Assembly (NCBI GenBank): GCA_963790305.1
Contig: CAWBOC010000009.1
Location: 480,001-544,000 of the forward strand
Origin: an uncultured Gemmatimonadaceae bacterium
GTDB taxonomy: Bacteria; Gemmatimonadota; Gemmatimonadetes; Gemmatimonadales; Gemmatimonadaceae
Reading direction: 5' to 3'
DNA length: 64,000 nt
The notes beneath the pieces are model-generated. The model was not told where the DNA came from, did not search any database, and saw only the letters and a program-made list of their open reading frames with translations. The position numbers were made by a program, and so were the translations under genes. The stretch's first letter is position 1. Each line of letters begins with the position of its first letter. Below are positions 33,019-43,534 of the stretch, piece after piece.

Positions 33019-34585
33019 GTGACGTCTCCCGTCAACGCCGGCGCGACTACGCTCGACCAGCCGCCGTCGCTCGATCGCCGGTTCTTCGGACACCCACGAG
33101 GGCTCGCCACACTCTTCTTCACGGAGATGTGGGAGCGGTTCTCGTTCTACGGCTTGCGTCCGCTGCTGGTGCTGTTCATGACGGCGGCGCTCGCCAGTGG
33201 CGGCTTTGGCTTCGACCGCACGGAGGCCTCGGCGATCGTCGGCATCTACGCCGCGAGCGTCTACCTCGCGTCGCTCCCCGGTGGGTGGGTGGCCGATCGC
33301 CTCCTTGGACTGCGGCGCGCCATTCAGGTTGGCGCGGTCTTCATCTCCGCAGGCCACCTGAGCATCGCGCTGTCCTCCTTCGCCGGGTCGAAGCTGCCGT
33401 TCTTCCTCGGCCTCATTCTGATCGTCATCGGCACCGGCCTGCTGAAGCCGAACATTTCGGCGATCGTTGGCGATCTGTATCCGGAGAGCGGAGCGCGGCG
33501 GGATGCGGGGTTCGCGATCTTTTACATGGGCATCAACATCGGTGCGACCGTCGGCCAGATCGTCACCGGCGTGTTAGGCGAGAAAGTCGGCTGGCACTGG
33601 GGCTTCGGCGCGGCCGGCGTCGGAATGCTGCTCGGTCTCATCGTGTACACGCTACGCGCACCGAAGACGCTCGGCTCCATCGGCGTGGAGCCGACACGCG
33701 ACCCCGACGCCGCGCGACAGGCCCGGCAGGAGCGCAACGTCAAGCTCACGATCGCGGTCGGGCTCGGAGCTCTCGTTCTCGCGATCGTGCTGGTGGCCAC
33801 CGGAACCGTGAGCGTGAGCGCCTCGGCGATCGCTCAGTCCATGACCTACGTGCTCGTGGGGACCGCGGTACTCTACTTCGCGTACATCTTTGCCGCGGGC
33901 GGCCTCAACAGCGACGAGAAGAAGCGCGTGGTGGTGATCTTCGTTCTCTTCCTGTTTGCGGCGGTATTCTGGGCGGCGTTCGAGCAGGCGCCGACGTCGC
34001 TCAACCTGTTCGCGAGAGACTTCACCGATCGCCAGATCGGTGGATTCGAGGTCCCGTCGACCTGGTTCCAGTCCGTAAACTCCGGGTTCATCATCCTGCT
34101 CTCCCCAGTGTTCGCGGCGTTGTGGATGACGCTGGCGCGGCGCGGCATCGATCTCTCCAGCCCGGCGAAGTTCGCCATGGGACTGTTGCTGGCGGGCATC
34201 GGCTTCTGGATGATGATCGGGGCCGCGAACATCATCCTCGAAGGCGGGCCGGGCACGCGAGTCTCTGCCTGGTGGCTCGTCGGCAGCTACTTCTTCCAGA
34301 CCATGGGTGAGCTGTTTCTGAGCCCCGTGGGTCTCTCGTCCATGACCAAGCTCTCACCGCGGAAATACGTCGGCCAGATGATGGGCATTCTGGTTTCTCG
34401 CGACCGCAGTCGGCAACCTGATTGCCGGGCTCGCGGGCGGGCACATCGATCCGAACAAGCTCGAGCAGATGCCCAGGCTATTCACGATTACGACCGTCTT
34501 TCTCATGGTGGCCGCGGCCGTTCTCGCGCTGCTCATCGTGCCGATTCGCCGTATGATCGCAACCACGAGAAACGCGCCGGCATGA
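33019..34585 (+). CDS. POT/PTR proton-dependent oligopeptide transporter, +1 frameshift near 34388
   Basis: EMWERFSFYG (ExxERFxY), GTGLLKPN, FYMGINIG, ELFLSPVG; corrected C-terminus IWFLATAVGNLIAG...NAPA*. Confidence 0.92.
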
Positions 34586-35250
34586 GACTGTGGCTCGCGT
34601 TGGCGTTTTCTCCTGTCCTCGCGGCGGCGTGTACGCCGGCGCCCCGTGGGATGCAGTCCATGGAGGTCGCCGCGGTAAAGGAGGGTGCGCCGCTTGGGCG
34701 GACTCGGCAGCAGGCGCGCGTCGTAATTACACGCGCATTGATCGAGATCGAGGTCGAGCAGGTCGCGCCGGCGATCGAGCACGCCACGCGCCTGGCGCAG
34801 GGCTTTGAAGGCTACGTCGAGAACGCAACGACGCGAGAGGACAAGCACGCGTACCTGCGGCTCCGCGTCCCATCATCGCGTCTCACCGAAGCGCTCGACT
34901 CGCTGGGTCGTCTCGGGAAGGTCACCGGCCGCAGCATGTCCCACGATGACGTCACCGCGCAATCGATCGACCTCGAAGCGCGCGTCGCGAGCTTTCGCGC
35001 CGCGCGTGACAAGCTGCGTGAGCTGCTGGATCGCGCCGTTTCCGTGGCGGACGCGGTTGCCGCCCAGGGCGAGCTCGCCCGCGTCCAGGCGGAGCTCGAC
35101 AGCCTCGAGGCTCAGCTGAAGACGCTGCAGAGCTCGGTCGCGCTTTCCGAGCTCACCGTCACCTTGAACCGCCGCGTCGTTCTCGGCCCTCTCGGCCTCG
35201 TCGCGTCGGGCCTCGCCAAGGTGATCGGCAAGCTGTTCGTCTGGCGTTAG
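34582..35250 (+). CDS. DUF4349-like lipoprotein
   Basis: LAAAC lipobox; LRLRVPS, DVTAQSIDLEAR, coiled coil; ATGA overlap with corrected POT stop. Confidence 0.8.
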   Translation: MRLWLALAFSPVLAAACTPAPRGMQSMEVAAVKEGAPLGRTRQQARVVITRALIEIEVEQVAPAIEHATRLAQGFEGYVENATTREDKHAYLRLRVPSSRLTEALDSLGRLGKVTGRSMSHDDVTAQSIDLEARVASFRAARDKLRELLDRAVSVADAVAAQGELARVQAELDSLEAQLKTLQSSVALSELTVTLNRRVVLGPLGLVASGLAKVIGKLFVWR

Positions 35251-35261
35251 GCGAGCAGGCC

Positions 35262-36941
35262 TCAGGGCCAGTTGAACACGCTGGCCGGAACCGAGCGCTC
35301 ACGGCTTCTGCTGACGTCACCCGGCTCGCGCCAATCACGGCCGGCCACCAGGTGCGTAAGGCGAGCCTCCCACTTCGAGTTCGGATCGCCGCGCATGGGC
35401 ACCGCGATATCCAGGCGCCATGTCCGCTTCGACCGGGGTGGAACGGCGGCGAGGAGGCTGGCCCCCACGGCGTACCGCACCGGCGTATCTATCCCGTAGG
35501 GTGCGTCCCCCTTCCACACGCGTCCCGCGTCGGCAAACACGGCCACGCCAATATCCGCCTGGCGCAGCAGCTGGCCCACGTACCAGCGATCCTCGAGTCG
35601 AGCAACGGACCGTCGCGCACCAGCTTCCTCCGACCGTCGATACCCGCGGACGCCACCAGGGGCAGAGCCTAACGTCAGCTGAAATGGTATGCGCTGTCGC
35701 CATCCGGCCGACCAGTCGAGCGAGGCAGTCACGGTGTGCCGCGCCGACACGCGCCGAATTCCAGCGAGGCGAGCGCTGCCGAGCACTCCGTCCCATCGGT
35801 TCAAGTCGTAGTTCTGCCGTCCTTCGCCGCGCGCCGTGAGCATGAGGATGCCACTCTCGCCTCCGATCGCTCCATAGAGGTCGGCAGCGAGTAGGTAGTC
35901 GTCGTCGGTCGTATTGAGAATCGACAAGCTTCGGCCGATCAGTGTGCCGATCTGGAAGCCGAGCCGGATGTCCTGCGTTGCCGTCAGTCCATCGAACCGC
36001 TCGACGCGCCGGAATCGCACGTTGCGAAGCCCCCAGAGGGCATTCACCCGGGCGTTGCGTCGTCCGGCATGTCTCGCGAGCAGCGAGTCGTAGTCGAATC
36101 CCGCGATGGCCGTCGGCGGAAGAAAGGGCGTGTCCTCCTCCTGCGAGAAGGAGACACCGAACAGGCTCAGGCGCCCGGGCAGGCCAATGCGTACGACCGC
36201 GCCGAGGTCGAGAAACTTTCGCTCGAACGCGAACGGAATTCTCTCGGCGTCCGGACGGCGGAACTCGAAGAGCTCGCGAATGGCGCCGAACGAGGCTCGC
36301 CAGGCGAAGCGCTGCTGGTCGGTGAAAAAGGGGTGCGACAGGTCGGTGTTCCAATCCGCCATGTCATGATCGCGGCGGGCGATCAATGCAGCGAGCACGT
36401 AATGCCGCCCGAGAAACTGGTGATCGACACCCTGAATCGCGTACGTGTCGCGTGATGTGCCGTCGCGCCACTGTCCGGCGACGTAGGTGCCGCTGCCAAA
36501 CAGGTTGCCCTCGCCGAGCTTGAGCCCCCTGATTCGCGCGCCCGACGTCGAAACTCCGACGACGGGCGTGAGCTCATCGCGCGTCTCGACCAGCAGCGAG
36601 ACGGTCCCCGCCGTATCCGGGATGACGGCGATGCTGGCGTCGGCGAGGAATGGCTGGGCGCGGAGAATACGCTCCGACTCCGCACGCTCCAGCTCGATAC
36701 AGGGTCTCCCCTCTTTGAGGATGAGAAACCGTCGAACGACTCCCGGCTGCGTCGTCGTGTGCAAATCGGTGGCGAAGCGGAGCGGAGCCTCCCACCAGCG
36801 GGTTCCCAGCGCCTCGAAGGGCCCGTGCGTGACAATGGATACGTCAGAGATGATCTCGCCCTGACACTGCGCTGTCTGCGCGCCGGCGTTCGCGGCAATG
36901 ACGGGGACGACCGCGGACCACCACAACCGAGCAACCCGCAC
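35262..36941 (-). CDS. Omp85 (BamA/TamA) superfamily outer-membrane protein
   Basis: Signal peptide; POTRA-like ESERILRAQPFL; NLFGSG; VRGY; VFADAGRVW. Confidence 0.8.
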   Translation of the reverse strand: MRVARLWWSAVVPVIAANAGAQTAQCQGEIISDVSIVTHGPFEALGTRWWEAPLRFATDLHTTTQPGVVRRFLILKEGRPCIELERAESERILRAQPFLADASIAVIPDTAGTVSLLVETRDELTPVVGVSTSGARIRGLKLGEGNLFGSGTYVAGQWRDGTSRDTYAIQGVDHQFLGRHYVLAALIARRDHDMADWNTDLSHPFFTDQQRFAWRASFGAIRELFEFRRPDAERIPFAFERKFLDLGAVVRIGLPGRLSLFGVSFSQEEDTPFLPPTAIAGFDYDSLLARHAGRRNARVNALWGLRNVRFRRVERFDGLTATQDIRLGFQIGTLIGRSLSILNTTDDDYLLAADLYGAIGGESGILMLTARGEGRQNYDLNRWDGVLGSARLAGIRRVSARHTVTASLDWSAGWRQRIPFQLTLGSAPGGVRGYRRSEEAGARRSVARLEDRWYVGQLLRQADIGVAVFADAGRVWKGDAPYGIDTPVRYAVGASLLAAVPPRSKRTWRLDIAVPMRGDPNSKWEARLTHLVAGRDWREPGDVSRSRERSVPASVFNWP

Positions 36942-36944
36942 GTG

Positions 36945-37484
36945 CTACTTCCCCATCCGGCGCTTGAGCTCGTCGAGCTGACGCTGCGCGGTGGCGTCGC
37001 GAGCGGTGCGATCGATGTCGCGACGCAGGGCATCGCTCTCGGCGCGCGCTTCCTCCAAGGGATCGGCCATCGTCGGCGCCGGGGCGACGTCAGGAGGCAC
37101 GACGCCGGCGTACGCCGCTCGCACCTGCGCTGTCATGTCTTCGATCTCGTGTTCGGCCAGGGCGAGCTCGTCCTGCTGCGCCACGAGCTTCTTTTCCAAC
37201 ACGGCGACCCGCTCGCTGTGTTTCCGCTCATACTGTTCCGCGATGCGCACCGTCTCGCGATCGTCGATGTCGGCGGCGAGCTTGCCGCGTCGCCGAACCG
37301 TGTCGAGCTCGGCTCGTTCTGCCTCGAGCCGCGCACGCGTGCGGTCGACGCCCTGGCGCAGGTCGGCAAGGCCGACCTTCGCCTGCACGAGCGCGTCGCG
37401 CATTTGTGCAAGAGCCGCGCGCCCCTGCGGAGAGGACGCGCGGCTCACGGCGTCGCGCAGCGTCTCCTTCAGGCGCTCGAACAT
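36945..37484 (-). CDS. PspA/IM30-like coiled-coil protein
   Basis: Amphipathic MFERLK N-terminus, long coiled coil, C-terminal QLDELKRRMGK. Confidence 0.6.
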   Translation of the reverse strand: MFERLKETLRDAVSRASSPQGRAALAQMRDALVQAKVGLADLRQGVDRTRARLEAERAELDTVRRRGKLAADIDDRETVRIAEQYERKHSERVAVLEKKLVAQQDELALAEHEIEDMTAQVRAAYAGVVPPDVAPAPTMADPLEEARAESDALRRDIDRTARDATAQRQLDELKRRMGK

Positions 37485-37512
37485 CGCCGGGCGTGCGAGG
37501 AGGAGCGGACGA

Positions 37513-37677
37513 TCACGACTTGCGAGGAGTTTTTGCGTAGAAGCTGGACATGACACGCTCCACTTCCTGCGACTTGCATTCTGGGCACGTCGCGGCGCCG
37601 GCGTTGTGATCGGCGATCTTCTCGCGAGTGGTGAACTGCTGGCCGCATTTCCGGCATCGATAATCGTAGCTTGGCAT
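37513..37677 (-). CDS. FmdB-family zinc-ribbon protein
   Basis: MPSYDYRCRKCG...TCPECKS..VERVMS. Confidence 0.88.
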   Translation of the reverse strand: MPSYDYRCRKCGQQFTTREKIADHNAGAATCPECKSQEVERVMSSFYAKTPRKS

Positions 37678-37763
37678 GACGCCCCTCGGGTCGAATGGTC
37701 CGCCCGTGTAGGATACTCGGAGAGCGTCCGCGCGCAAGCGTTTCGGGTGCGCGCGCCCCGCGC

Positions 37764-38492
37764 CTAACTCAGCCGCCAGCGCGCCTCGTCCCGGACCTGC
37801 CGCAGGAGGCGATCGGGCGTGTTCAGGTCGGGGAATAGCAACGTGTCGCTGACCTGGTTCAGGGCCACGCGAAGGCGCTCGAAACGCTCCGCCGCCACCA
37901 GGTATAGCTGGGACAGACCATATTGATGCGCCAGGCGGTGATCCGCGGCCATTCGGAACCCGCGTCGGCCCATCTCCGCGTAGTAATCGAGATCGGGGCC
38001 ACCGCGCCGCCATTTCCGGTGCTCGATGTAATCGGGGAACAGGCCGCTCACCCACAACGCGTAGTTCCCGAGATGCGCCCGTACGAGGAACGCACGGCGC
38101 GGATCGGAGCGCTCGGCATCCTCGAGCAACGTCGCCAACGTGTCGTATTGCTCATCATCGCTCGAGCCCACGCGCGACGCACGATCCTTCAGACCGAAGT
38201 GCACCACGATCGCCGCGACATAGTCTGCCAGCGTCCGGTCGTCCTCGCCCACGCCGCGCAGCGCATGCCGCACGACGACGTAGCAGAACAGCGGCAGCGA
38301 TGCGCGACCGCCGAGGGGCTGTTGCACGAGCGCGGCGAGCAGCCGGGGATCGTCGAGCACCGCATCGATCCCTTCTTCGCGCAGCATTGCTTCGGCATCG
38401 TCGGGGCGGCCGACGCCGGCGCGCGCGAGGAGATGCACGGCCAGCTGCGCATCATCACGCGTGAGAGATTCGCGAACGTTCGCGAGAATCAT
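37764..38492 (-). CDS. Conserved-looking hypothetical protein
   Basis: GNYALWVSGLFPD...DYYAEMGRRGF motif; protein-like composition. Confidence 0.7.
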   Translation of the reverse strand: MILANVRESLTRDDAQLAVHLLARAGVGRPDDAEAMLREEGIDAVLDDPRLLAALVQQPLGGRASLPLFCYVVVRHALRGVGEDDRTLADYVAAIVVHFGLKDRASRVGSSDDEQYDTLATLLEDAERSDPRRAFLVRAHLGNYALWVSGLFPDYIEHRKWRRGGPDLDYYAEMGRRGFRMAADHRLAHQYGLSQLYLVAAERFERLRVALNQVSDTLLFPDLNTPDRLLRQVRDEARWRLS

Positions 38493-38645
38493 GAGTCCCC
38501 CACCCGAAACGGAGTCGTGCCTGTTCTCACCGTGGTACACCGTACGTGCCATGGAGTGCGCACGATAGGTCCTACCCGTGTGACGATCGCCCACACCCGG
38601 AGTAAAACCACGCGTTGGCAGTCTCACCTCGAGGCTGCTAACGAA

Positions 38646-38678
38646 AGACGCGCGGAACCACGTGGGTCCCGCGCGTCT
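38646..38678 (-). terminator. Putative intrinsic terminator after M28 peptidase
   Basis: AGACGCGCGG...CCGCGCGTCT 10-bp stem followed by TTCGTT on the minus strand. Confidence 0.55.
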
Positions 38679-38698
38679 CGATTTCGGTGCGCCTGCGG

Positions 38699-40285
38699 TC
38701 AGCGGCCAGGCCGCGGTCGCTCAGCGCGATTGGCGACCGCGAGCGCCGATCGCATGATCAGCTCCGACACTCGAGACAACTTGTTGAAATCGATCTTCGA
38801 CACCTCGTCGCTGACCTTGTGATAATCCTCATGAAGCCCGGTGGTGTAGAACACGATCGGGATGCCGCGGTTGGCATAGCTGAAGTGGTCGCTGCGGTGA
38901 TAGATGTCCTCGGGATGGTTGGGAGAATCCCAGTCCCTATTGATCGTGAATGGGCGGGCGAGCGCCGAGTTGACGGAGTCGACCAGTTGCCCCAGCAGGC
39001 GATTCTGCCCGTTAGGTTCGGCCCGCGGACCCACGAGCATGAGAGAGTCCGGCGCATTGCGGCCGATCATGTCGGCGTTGAGCTGCGCCACGATCGAATC
39101 GACTGGTACGGTCGGGTGGGTGACGAACCACTCCGATCCCAGCATTCCCGATTCCTCGCCGGTATGCCACACGAACAACACCGATCGCCGAGGTTTCGTC
39201 GGCGACGCCGCAAGAGCACGTGCGATCGCGACGAGTCCCATCGATCCCGACCCATCATCGTCGGCTCCATTGGCGATCGAGTCGCTCCCGCTCCGGGGCT
39301 GCACGCCGATGTGGTCGAGATGGGCGCCGAGGGCGACATAGCTTTGCGCGAGCGCGGGATCTGCGCCGCGTAACACCCCGACGACGTTGTAGCTTGCTGC
39401 CTGCGCCCGCCCGAGGTTGATCTTCGCGGTCAGGTGGCGGCCCAGAGCCTGCGGCTTGTCATCCGCCGGCCACCCCGATGGAAGCAAGGGCGAGCCCGCA
39501 CGTGGCCGGGCGAACATCACCATTGGCACGACGCGCTCTGGCTCCCGCGCCCCGGCGCCCAGCTCGAGCGAGCCATTCGTCACTTCGCTCGCCACAGCGT
39601 CGAAATCGTCCTCGAGGTTGCCTGTTGCGACGATGACCACTCCAGCGGCACCGCGATTCAGGATCGCACCGAGTCGCTCGCCAAGCTGCTCGGGCATTTC
39701 CAGTCGGGCTCGCGTCGCCGAATCTGCGTTGGCCGGTGCGCCGCCCAGGAAGACCACGATCTTCCCTGTCACGTCCAGTCCAGCCAGGTCATTGCGGCCG
39801 AGTTGGGGCGCAGTGAGGGCATATCCGGCGAAAACCAGCTCGCCTTCCGCGGCTAGTTGAGTATGGTACTGCGCGACGCGGAGCACCGGGGCGATGTCCT
39901 TGCCGAGCTCGAGCTCGGTGGCACGTCCTCGCGAGGTGACGAGGAATTTCGTCGTAGCACCAAAGACCTGGCGCGACAGCGGCACGCGCTGAAAGAACCC
40001 GCTGTCTCCCGCCGGCTGGATTCCGATCGCCGTTAGGCGTTCGGCGATGAACTCGGCGGCCCGGCGTGCCGCTGGAGTCCCCGCCAGCCGTCCTTGAAAG
40101 CCATCCGACGCGAACACCGTGAGGTCTGCGCGCAGGGCAGACACGTCGATTGGGGGAACGACCGCGGGGGGCGCCGCCGTCGACGGCGCGTCGGTGGCGG
40201 GTGCACGTGCGGGCGTCGGATTACTGACCGGCGTCTGGGAGCACGCTCCCAGACAGACAAAGAGCAGCGTCGCGAGGCGGCGCAT
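38699..40285 (-). CDS. M28 family metallopeptidase lipoprotein with PA domain
   Basis: LGAC lipobox; GAHLDH, NGADDDGSG, GEESGMLGS, NADMIG, RSDH, DYH. Confidence 0.92.
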   Translation of the reverse strand: MRRLATLLFVCLGACSQTPVSNPTPARAPATDAPSTAAPPAVVPPIDVSALRADLTVFASDGFQGRLAGTPAARRAAEFIAERLTAIGIQPAGDSGFFQRVPLSRQVFGATTKFLVTSRGRATELELGKDIAPVLRVAQYHTQLAAEGELVFAGYALTAPQLGRNDLAGLDVTGKIVVFLGGAPANADSATRARLEMPEQLGERLGAILNRGAAGVVIVATGNLEDDFDAVASEVTNGSLELGAGAREPERVVPMVMFARPRAGSPLLPSGWPADDKPQALGRHLTAKINLGRAQAASYNVVGVLRGADPALAQSYVALGAHLDHIGVQPRSGSDSIANGADDDGSGSMGLVAIARALAASPTKPRRSVLFVWHTGEESGMLGSEWFVTHPTVPVDSIVAQLNADMIGRNAPDSLMLVGPRAEPNGQNRLLGQLVDSVNSALARPFTINRDWDSPNHPEDIYHRSDHFSYANRGIPIVFYTTGLHEDYHKVSDEVSKIDFNKLSRVSELIMRSALAVANRAERPRPGR

Positions 40286-40457
40286 GTGGTCTCCGGAGAA
40301 GGTTCGGTGGGGGAACAGGTCGGAGGCTAACCGTCAGGCACGTGACGGGCAAGCGTGGAACGTTTGCCAAGTCGTTCGAAGGGCGTCAGGTTTGTTGACA
40401 CCAACCACGACGACTTCACAGGAACGCAACGCTGCTCGACAGGTATCATCATACCGT

Positions 40458-41210
40458 ATGCTCTACCTCTGCATTCCGACCTACGACGAGGCGCCTACCA
40501 TCGGGTTGCTCCTGTGGCGCATCCGAAAGGTCTTCGAGAGTTTCCCGCGTGAGTACGAGATTCTCGTGCTCAACGACGGAAGCACCGACGGGACGGCTGA
40601 AACACTCGAGCCGTATCGTGAGGTGCTCCCGCTCACCGTGCTCCGGCACGACGAGCGGCGCGGGTACGCCGCAGCGATCGAGACCCTGTTGCGGGCGGTG
40701 GCGCAGCGCACGCGGTACCCACGGCGCAATGCGGCCATCCTCATGCAAGCGGACTTTACCGATCAGCCCGAGCACCTTCCGGAGCTGATCAAGCGGCATG
40801 AGGGCGGCGCCGACCTCGTTGTCGCCGAACAGGCGGTCGCGCCGGCGAGCGCGCCGGCGGCTGTGCGCCGGCTCCGTCGAGTCGGCCAATGGCTGCTGCG
40901 TCCCTTCGTGCGCGTGCCGGGCGTGAACGATCCACTCGGTTCATATCGTTTGATGCGTATCGCCGTGGTCCGTGATCTGCTCAAGGAGAACGGCGAGGCC
41001 CGTCTGCTCAAGGCAAATGGGTGGGCCGCGAACGTGGAGCTGCTGGCCAAGGCGGCGCGATTCGCGCGACGAATCGAAGTAGTTTCGCTCGAGCCGCGTT
41101 ATGACCTCCGTCCGCGAGCGACGCGGGTTCGGCCTCTTGCCGGCGCAATGGATCTTTACCGTTTCGGTCGGGCCGCTGGGGCCCGCCGAGCCGCACCGAC
41201 ATCGACATGA
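40458..41210 (+). CDS. Glycosyltransferase family 2-like protein (variant DxD)
   Basis: IPTYDEA, VLNDGSTDGT, RGYAAA, MQADF in place of MDAD. Confidence 0.85.
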   Translation: MLYLCIPTYDEAPTIGLLLWRIRKVFESFPREYEILVLNDGSTDGTAETLEPYREVLPLTVLRHDERRGYAAAIETLLRAVAQRTRYPRRNAAILMQADFTDQPEHLPELIKRHEGGADLVVAEQAVAPASAPAAVRRLRRVGQWLLRPFVRVPGVNDPLGSYRLMRIAVVRDLLKENGEARLLKANGWAANVELLAKAARFARRIEVVSLEPRYDLRPRATRVRPLAGAMDLYRFGRAAGARRAAPTST

Positions 41211-41956
41211 CAACAACTCTGGTGGCTGATCTGCTCGCGATCGTCGTGGCACTCACGACGGCCGTCGAGCCGGCACGACAGATTCCCGTCCCTTTCTCCA
41301 TCGGCGAGCGCCTCGAGTACGATGTGAAGTTCGGCGTGCTGAAGGTGGGAAACGGCAAGATGGAAGTGCTGGGCATCGAGAACATCCGTGGCCGCGACGC
41401 CTGGCACACCGCGTTTACCGTCAAGGGCGGAACGTTCTTCTACAAAGTGAACGATCGACTCGAGAGCTGGATCGATACCGAGACGTTCGCATCGCTGCGC
41501 CACGTGCAGGACCTTCAGGAAGGCAAGCGCGATCGTGAGCGCCGCTTCGAGATTTATCCCGACCGCCTGGTGTATACGGAGAATGACAGCGAGGAGCGGC
41601 CCACCGCGCGCGACCCGCTCGATGATGGATCGTTCCTGTATTTCATTCGCACTGTGCCGCTTTCGGTGGGGCAGACGTACGACTTTCCGCGATACTTTCG
41701 ACCGGATCGCAATCCCGTTCGGGTGCGCGTCCTCCGGAAGGAGTCAGTGAAGGTCCCTGCCGGACGATTCGATGCCATCGTTATCCAGCCGATCATCAAG
41801 TCGAAGGGCATCTTCTCCGAGAACGGTCAGGCCGAGATCTGGTTGTCGGATGACGACCGCCGTATCATGCTGCAGATGAAGTCGAACCTGTCGTTCGGCA
41901 CCCTCAACCTGTACCTGAAATCGTACACCGCAGGGACGGCGACCGCGGCGAAGTGA
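41207..41956 (+). CDS. DUF3108-like exported protein
   Basis: PFSIGERLEYDV, ESVKVPAGRF, EIWLSDD pattern. Confidence 0.75.
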   Translation: MTTTLVADLLAIVVALTTAVEPARQIPVPFSIGERLEYDVKFGVLKVGNGKMEVLGIENIRGRDAWHTAFTVKGGTFFYKVNDRLESWIDTETFASLRHVQDLQEGKRDRERRFEIYPDRLVYTENDSEERPTARDPLDDGSFLYFIRTVPLSVGQTYDFPRYFRPDRNPVRVRVLRKESVKVPAGRFDAIVIQPIIKSKGIFSENGQAEIWLSDDDRRIMLQMKSNLSFGTLNLYLKSYTAGTATAAK

Positions 41957-42924
41957 CGCCAGAGGCGGACCTGTCACGGGTCCGCACCGTTCCCATCGCG
42001 CACCGCCCGAACAAGGTACGCGCCGAAGAGTTCGCTGCGCCGCCCGGCGCCGATCGCTCTTTCGGCGCGTTCTTGCGCTCGCTTCCGGATGTGCTCGCCG
42101 CGCGCGACTTCCGGCGCATCGTGGAGGCCGTAGCCGACGCCGCCCGTCGGCGCGCCGTGGTCGCGATGGCTGGCGGGCACGTCGTGAAGACCGGAGTCGC
42201 TCCCGTGCTGCTCGAGCTGATGCGGGAACGCGTCATCACGCACCTCGCCTTGAATGGATCGGCGGCGATTCATGACTACGAGGTCGCGCGCTGGGGTGGT
42301 ACCTCGGAGGACGTCGCCGCTGGTCTGCGCGACGGGACGTTTGGCATGGCCGAGGAGACCGGCCGCGAAATGAACGAGGCCATCATCAAAGGGCAGCGCT
42401 CCGGATGGGGGATGGGTGAGGCGCTCGCGCGGGCACTGGCATCACGCTCCGATCTTGCGCACGCGGAGCTGTCCCTGATGATCGGCGCGCACGAGCTCGG
42501 TATTCCCACGAGTGTTCACGCGGCGATCGGGGCGGAAATCATCCACCAGCACCCGGCGGCTGACGGAGCCGCGATCGGCGAGACGAGCCATCGCGACTTC
42601 CGCCGGCTCGCCGCGTCGCTCCCCGCGCTGCATGACGGCGGCGTCGTGCTCAACCTCGGAAGCGCCGTGATCCTGCCAGAGGTGTTTCTCAAGGCGCTGA
42701 CGATCGCGCGCAACCTCGGGAATGGACGGCCGACGCACTTCACGACATGCGACTTCGACATGCTTCGTCACTACCGGCCGCGCGTGAACGTCGTGCAGCG
42801 TCCCACACTCGAGGGAGGCGCCGGCTACGAGATCACCGGGCACCACGAGATCATGGTGCCCCTCCTGGCCTGGTCAGTGATCGAGAGGCTCGAGTCGAAC
42901 CAGCCGGCGAGCCGTCACGGGTAG
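41953..42924 (+). CDS. Deoxyhypusine synthase-like protein
   Basis: GGHVVKTG, IHDYE, FGMAEETG, GSAVILPEVFLKAL, GHHEIM. Confidence 0.7.
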   Translation: MTPEADLSRVRTVPIAHRPNKVRAEEFAAPPGADRSFGAFLRSLPDVLAARDFRRIVEAVADAARRRAVVAMAGGHVVKTGVAPVLLELMRERVITHLALNGSAAIHDYEVARWGGTSEDVAAGLRDGTFGMAEETGREMNEAIIKGQRSGWGMGEALARALASRSDLAHAELSLMIGAHELGIPTSVHAAIGAEIIHQHPAADGAAIGETSHRDFRRLAASLPALHDGGVVLNLGSAVILPEVFLKALTIARNLGNGRPTHFTTCDFDMLRHYRPRVNVVQRPTLEGGAGYEITGHHEIMVPLLAWSVIERLESNQPASRHG

Positions 42925-42932
42925 CGGCGACG

Positions 42933-43418
42933 CTACAACTGCGCGATTCGTTCCTTGCCTAACGTGCGTCGCACGTATCCCATCTGGCCAATGTGGTAGC
43001 CTTCGTGAAACAGCGCAAACACGATGGCCCCACGCAACGTCCCGTCGGTGGAGGGGATCTTCACCTGGAGATCCCCCTGGAGGTCGCCGTCGCTCATCGC
43101 TCCAAGGCGCGTGCGCAGGGCCATCCCGGCGGTCTCCCAGGCGCGACGAATCTCGGCCAATGCGGGATACTGTTCGCTGCCCGGAGCAGGCACGTCCCGC
43201 TTGAACAGCGAAGGCCATGGGACCTCCTGCTCCGCCCCGAGCAATCGCGCGAGCCGGACACGACTCTGCGCCAGGTGGCCTGCCATCCACACCATCGGAT
43301 TTGCGTTGGGGCAAGGCGCCCGGGTCAAATCTGCCGGATCGAGATCGTGCAACGCCTTCGCGTACAGGTTGTCCACGACGTCCATGAGGCCCAGCACGTG
43401 CGCGATGGCGTGATCCAT
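42933..43418 (-). CDS. DinB/YfiT family protein
   Basis: N..W..GHL and HEGYHIGQ metal-binding motifs. Confidence 0.85.
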   Translation of the reverse strand: MDHAIAHVLGLMDVVDNLYAKALHDLDPADLTRAPCPNANPMVWMAGHLAQSRVRLARLLGAEQEVPWPSLFKRDVPAPGSEQYPALAEIRRAWETAGMALRTRLGAMSDGDLQGDLQVKIPSTDGTLRGAIVFALFHEGYHIGQMGYVRRTLGKERIAQL

Positions 43419-43469
43419 GGCTGTTCCGGGTAGGGGTGCGCCTGAGCTAGTCTCAGATATAACGCACAC

Positions 43470-43510
43470 GATGCGGGCGAAAGATCCGTGTCGGATCCTC
43501 CGCCCGCATC
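43470..43510. terminator. Long GC-rich hairpin
   Basis: GATGCGGGCG..GATCCG-TGT-CGGATC..CGCCCGCATC. Confidence 0.5.
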
Positions 43511-43534
43511 TATTCTCCCAGGAAACGCCGGCCG

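Noticed and set aside
33019..35250. Apparent POT transporter-DUF4349 fusion
   Set aside because: Extra T at 34385-34390; the corrected transporter stops at 34585 and the downstream gene has its own lipoprotein signal
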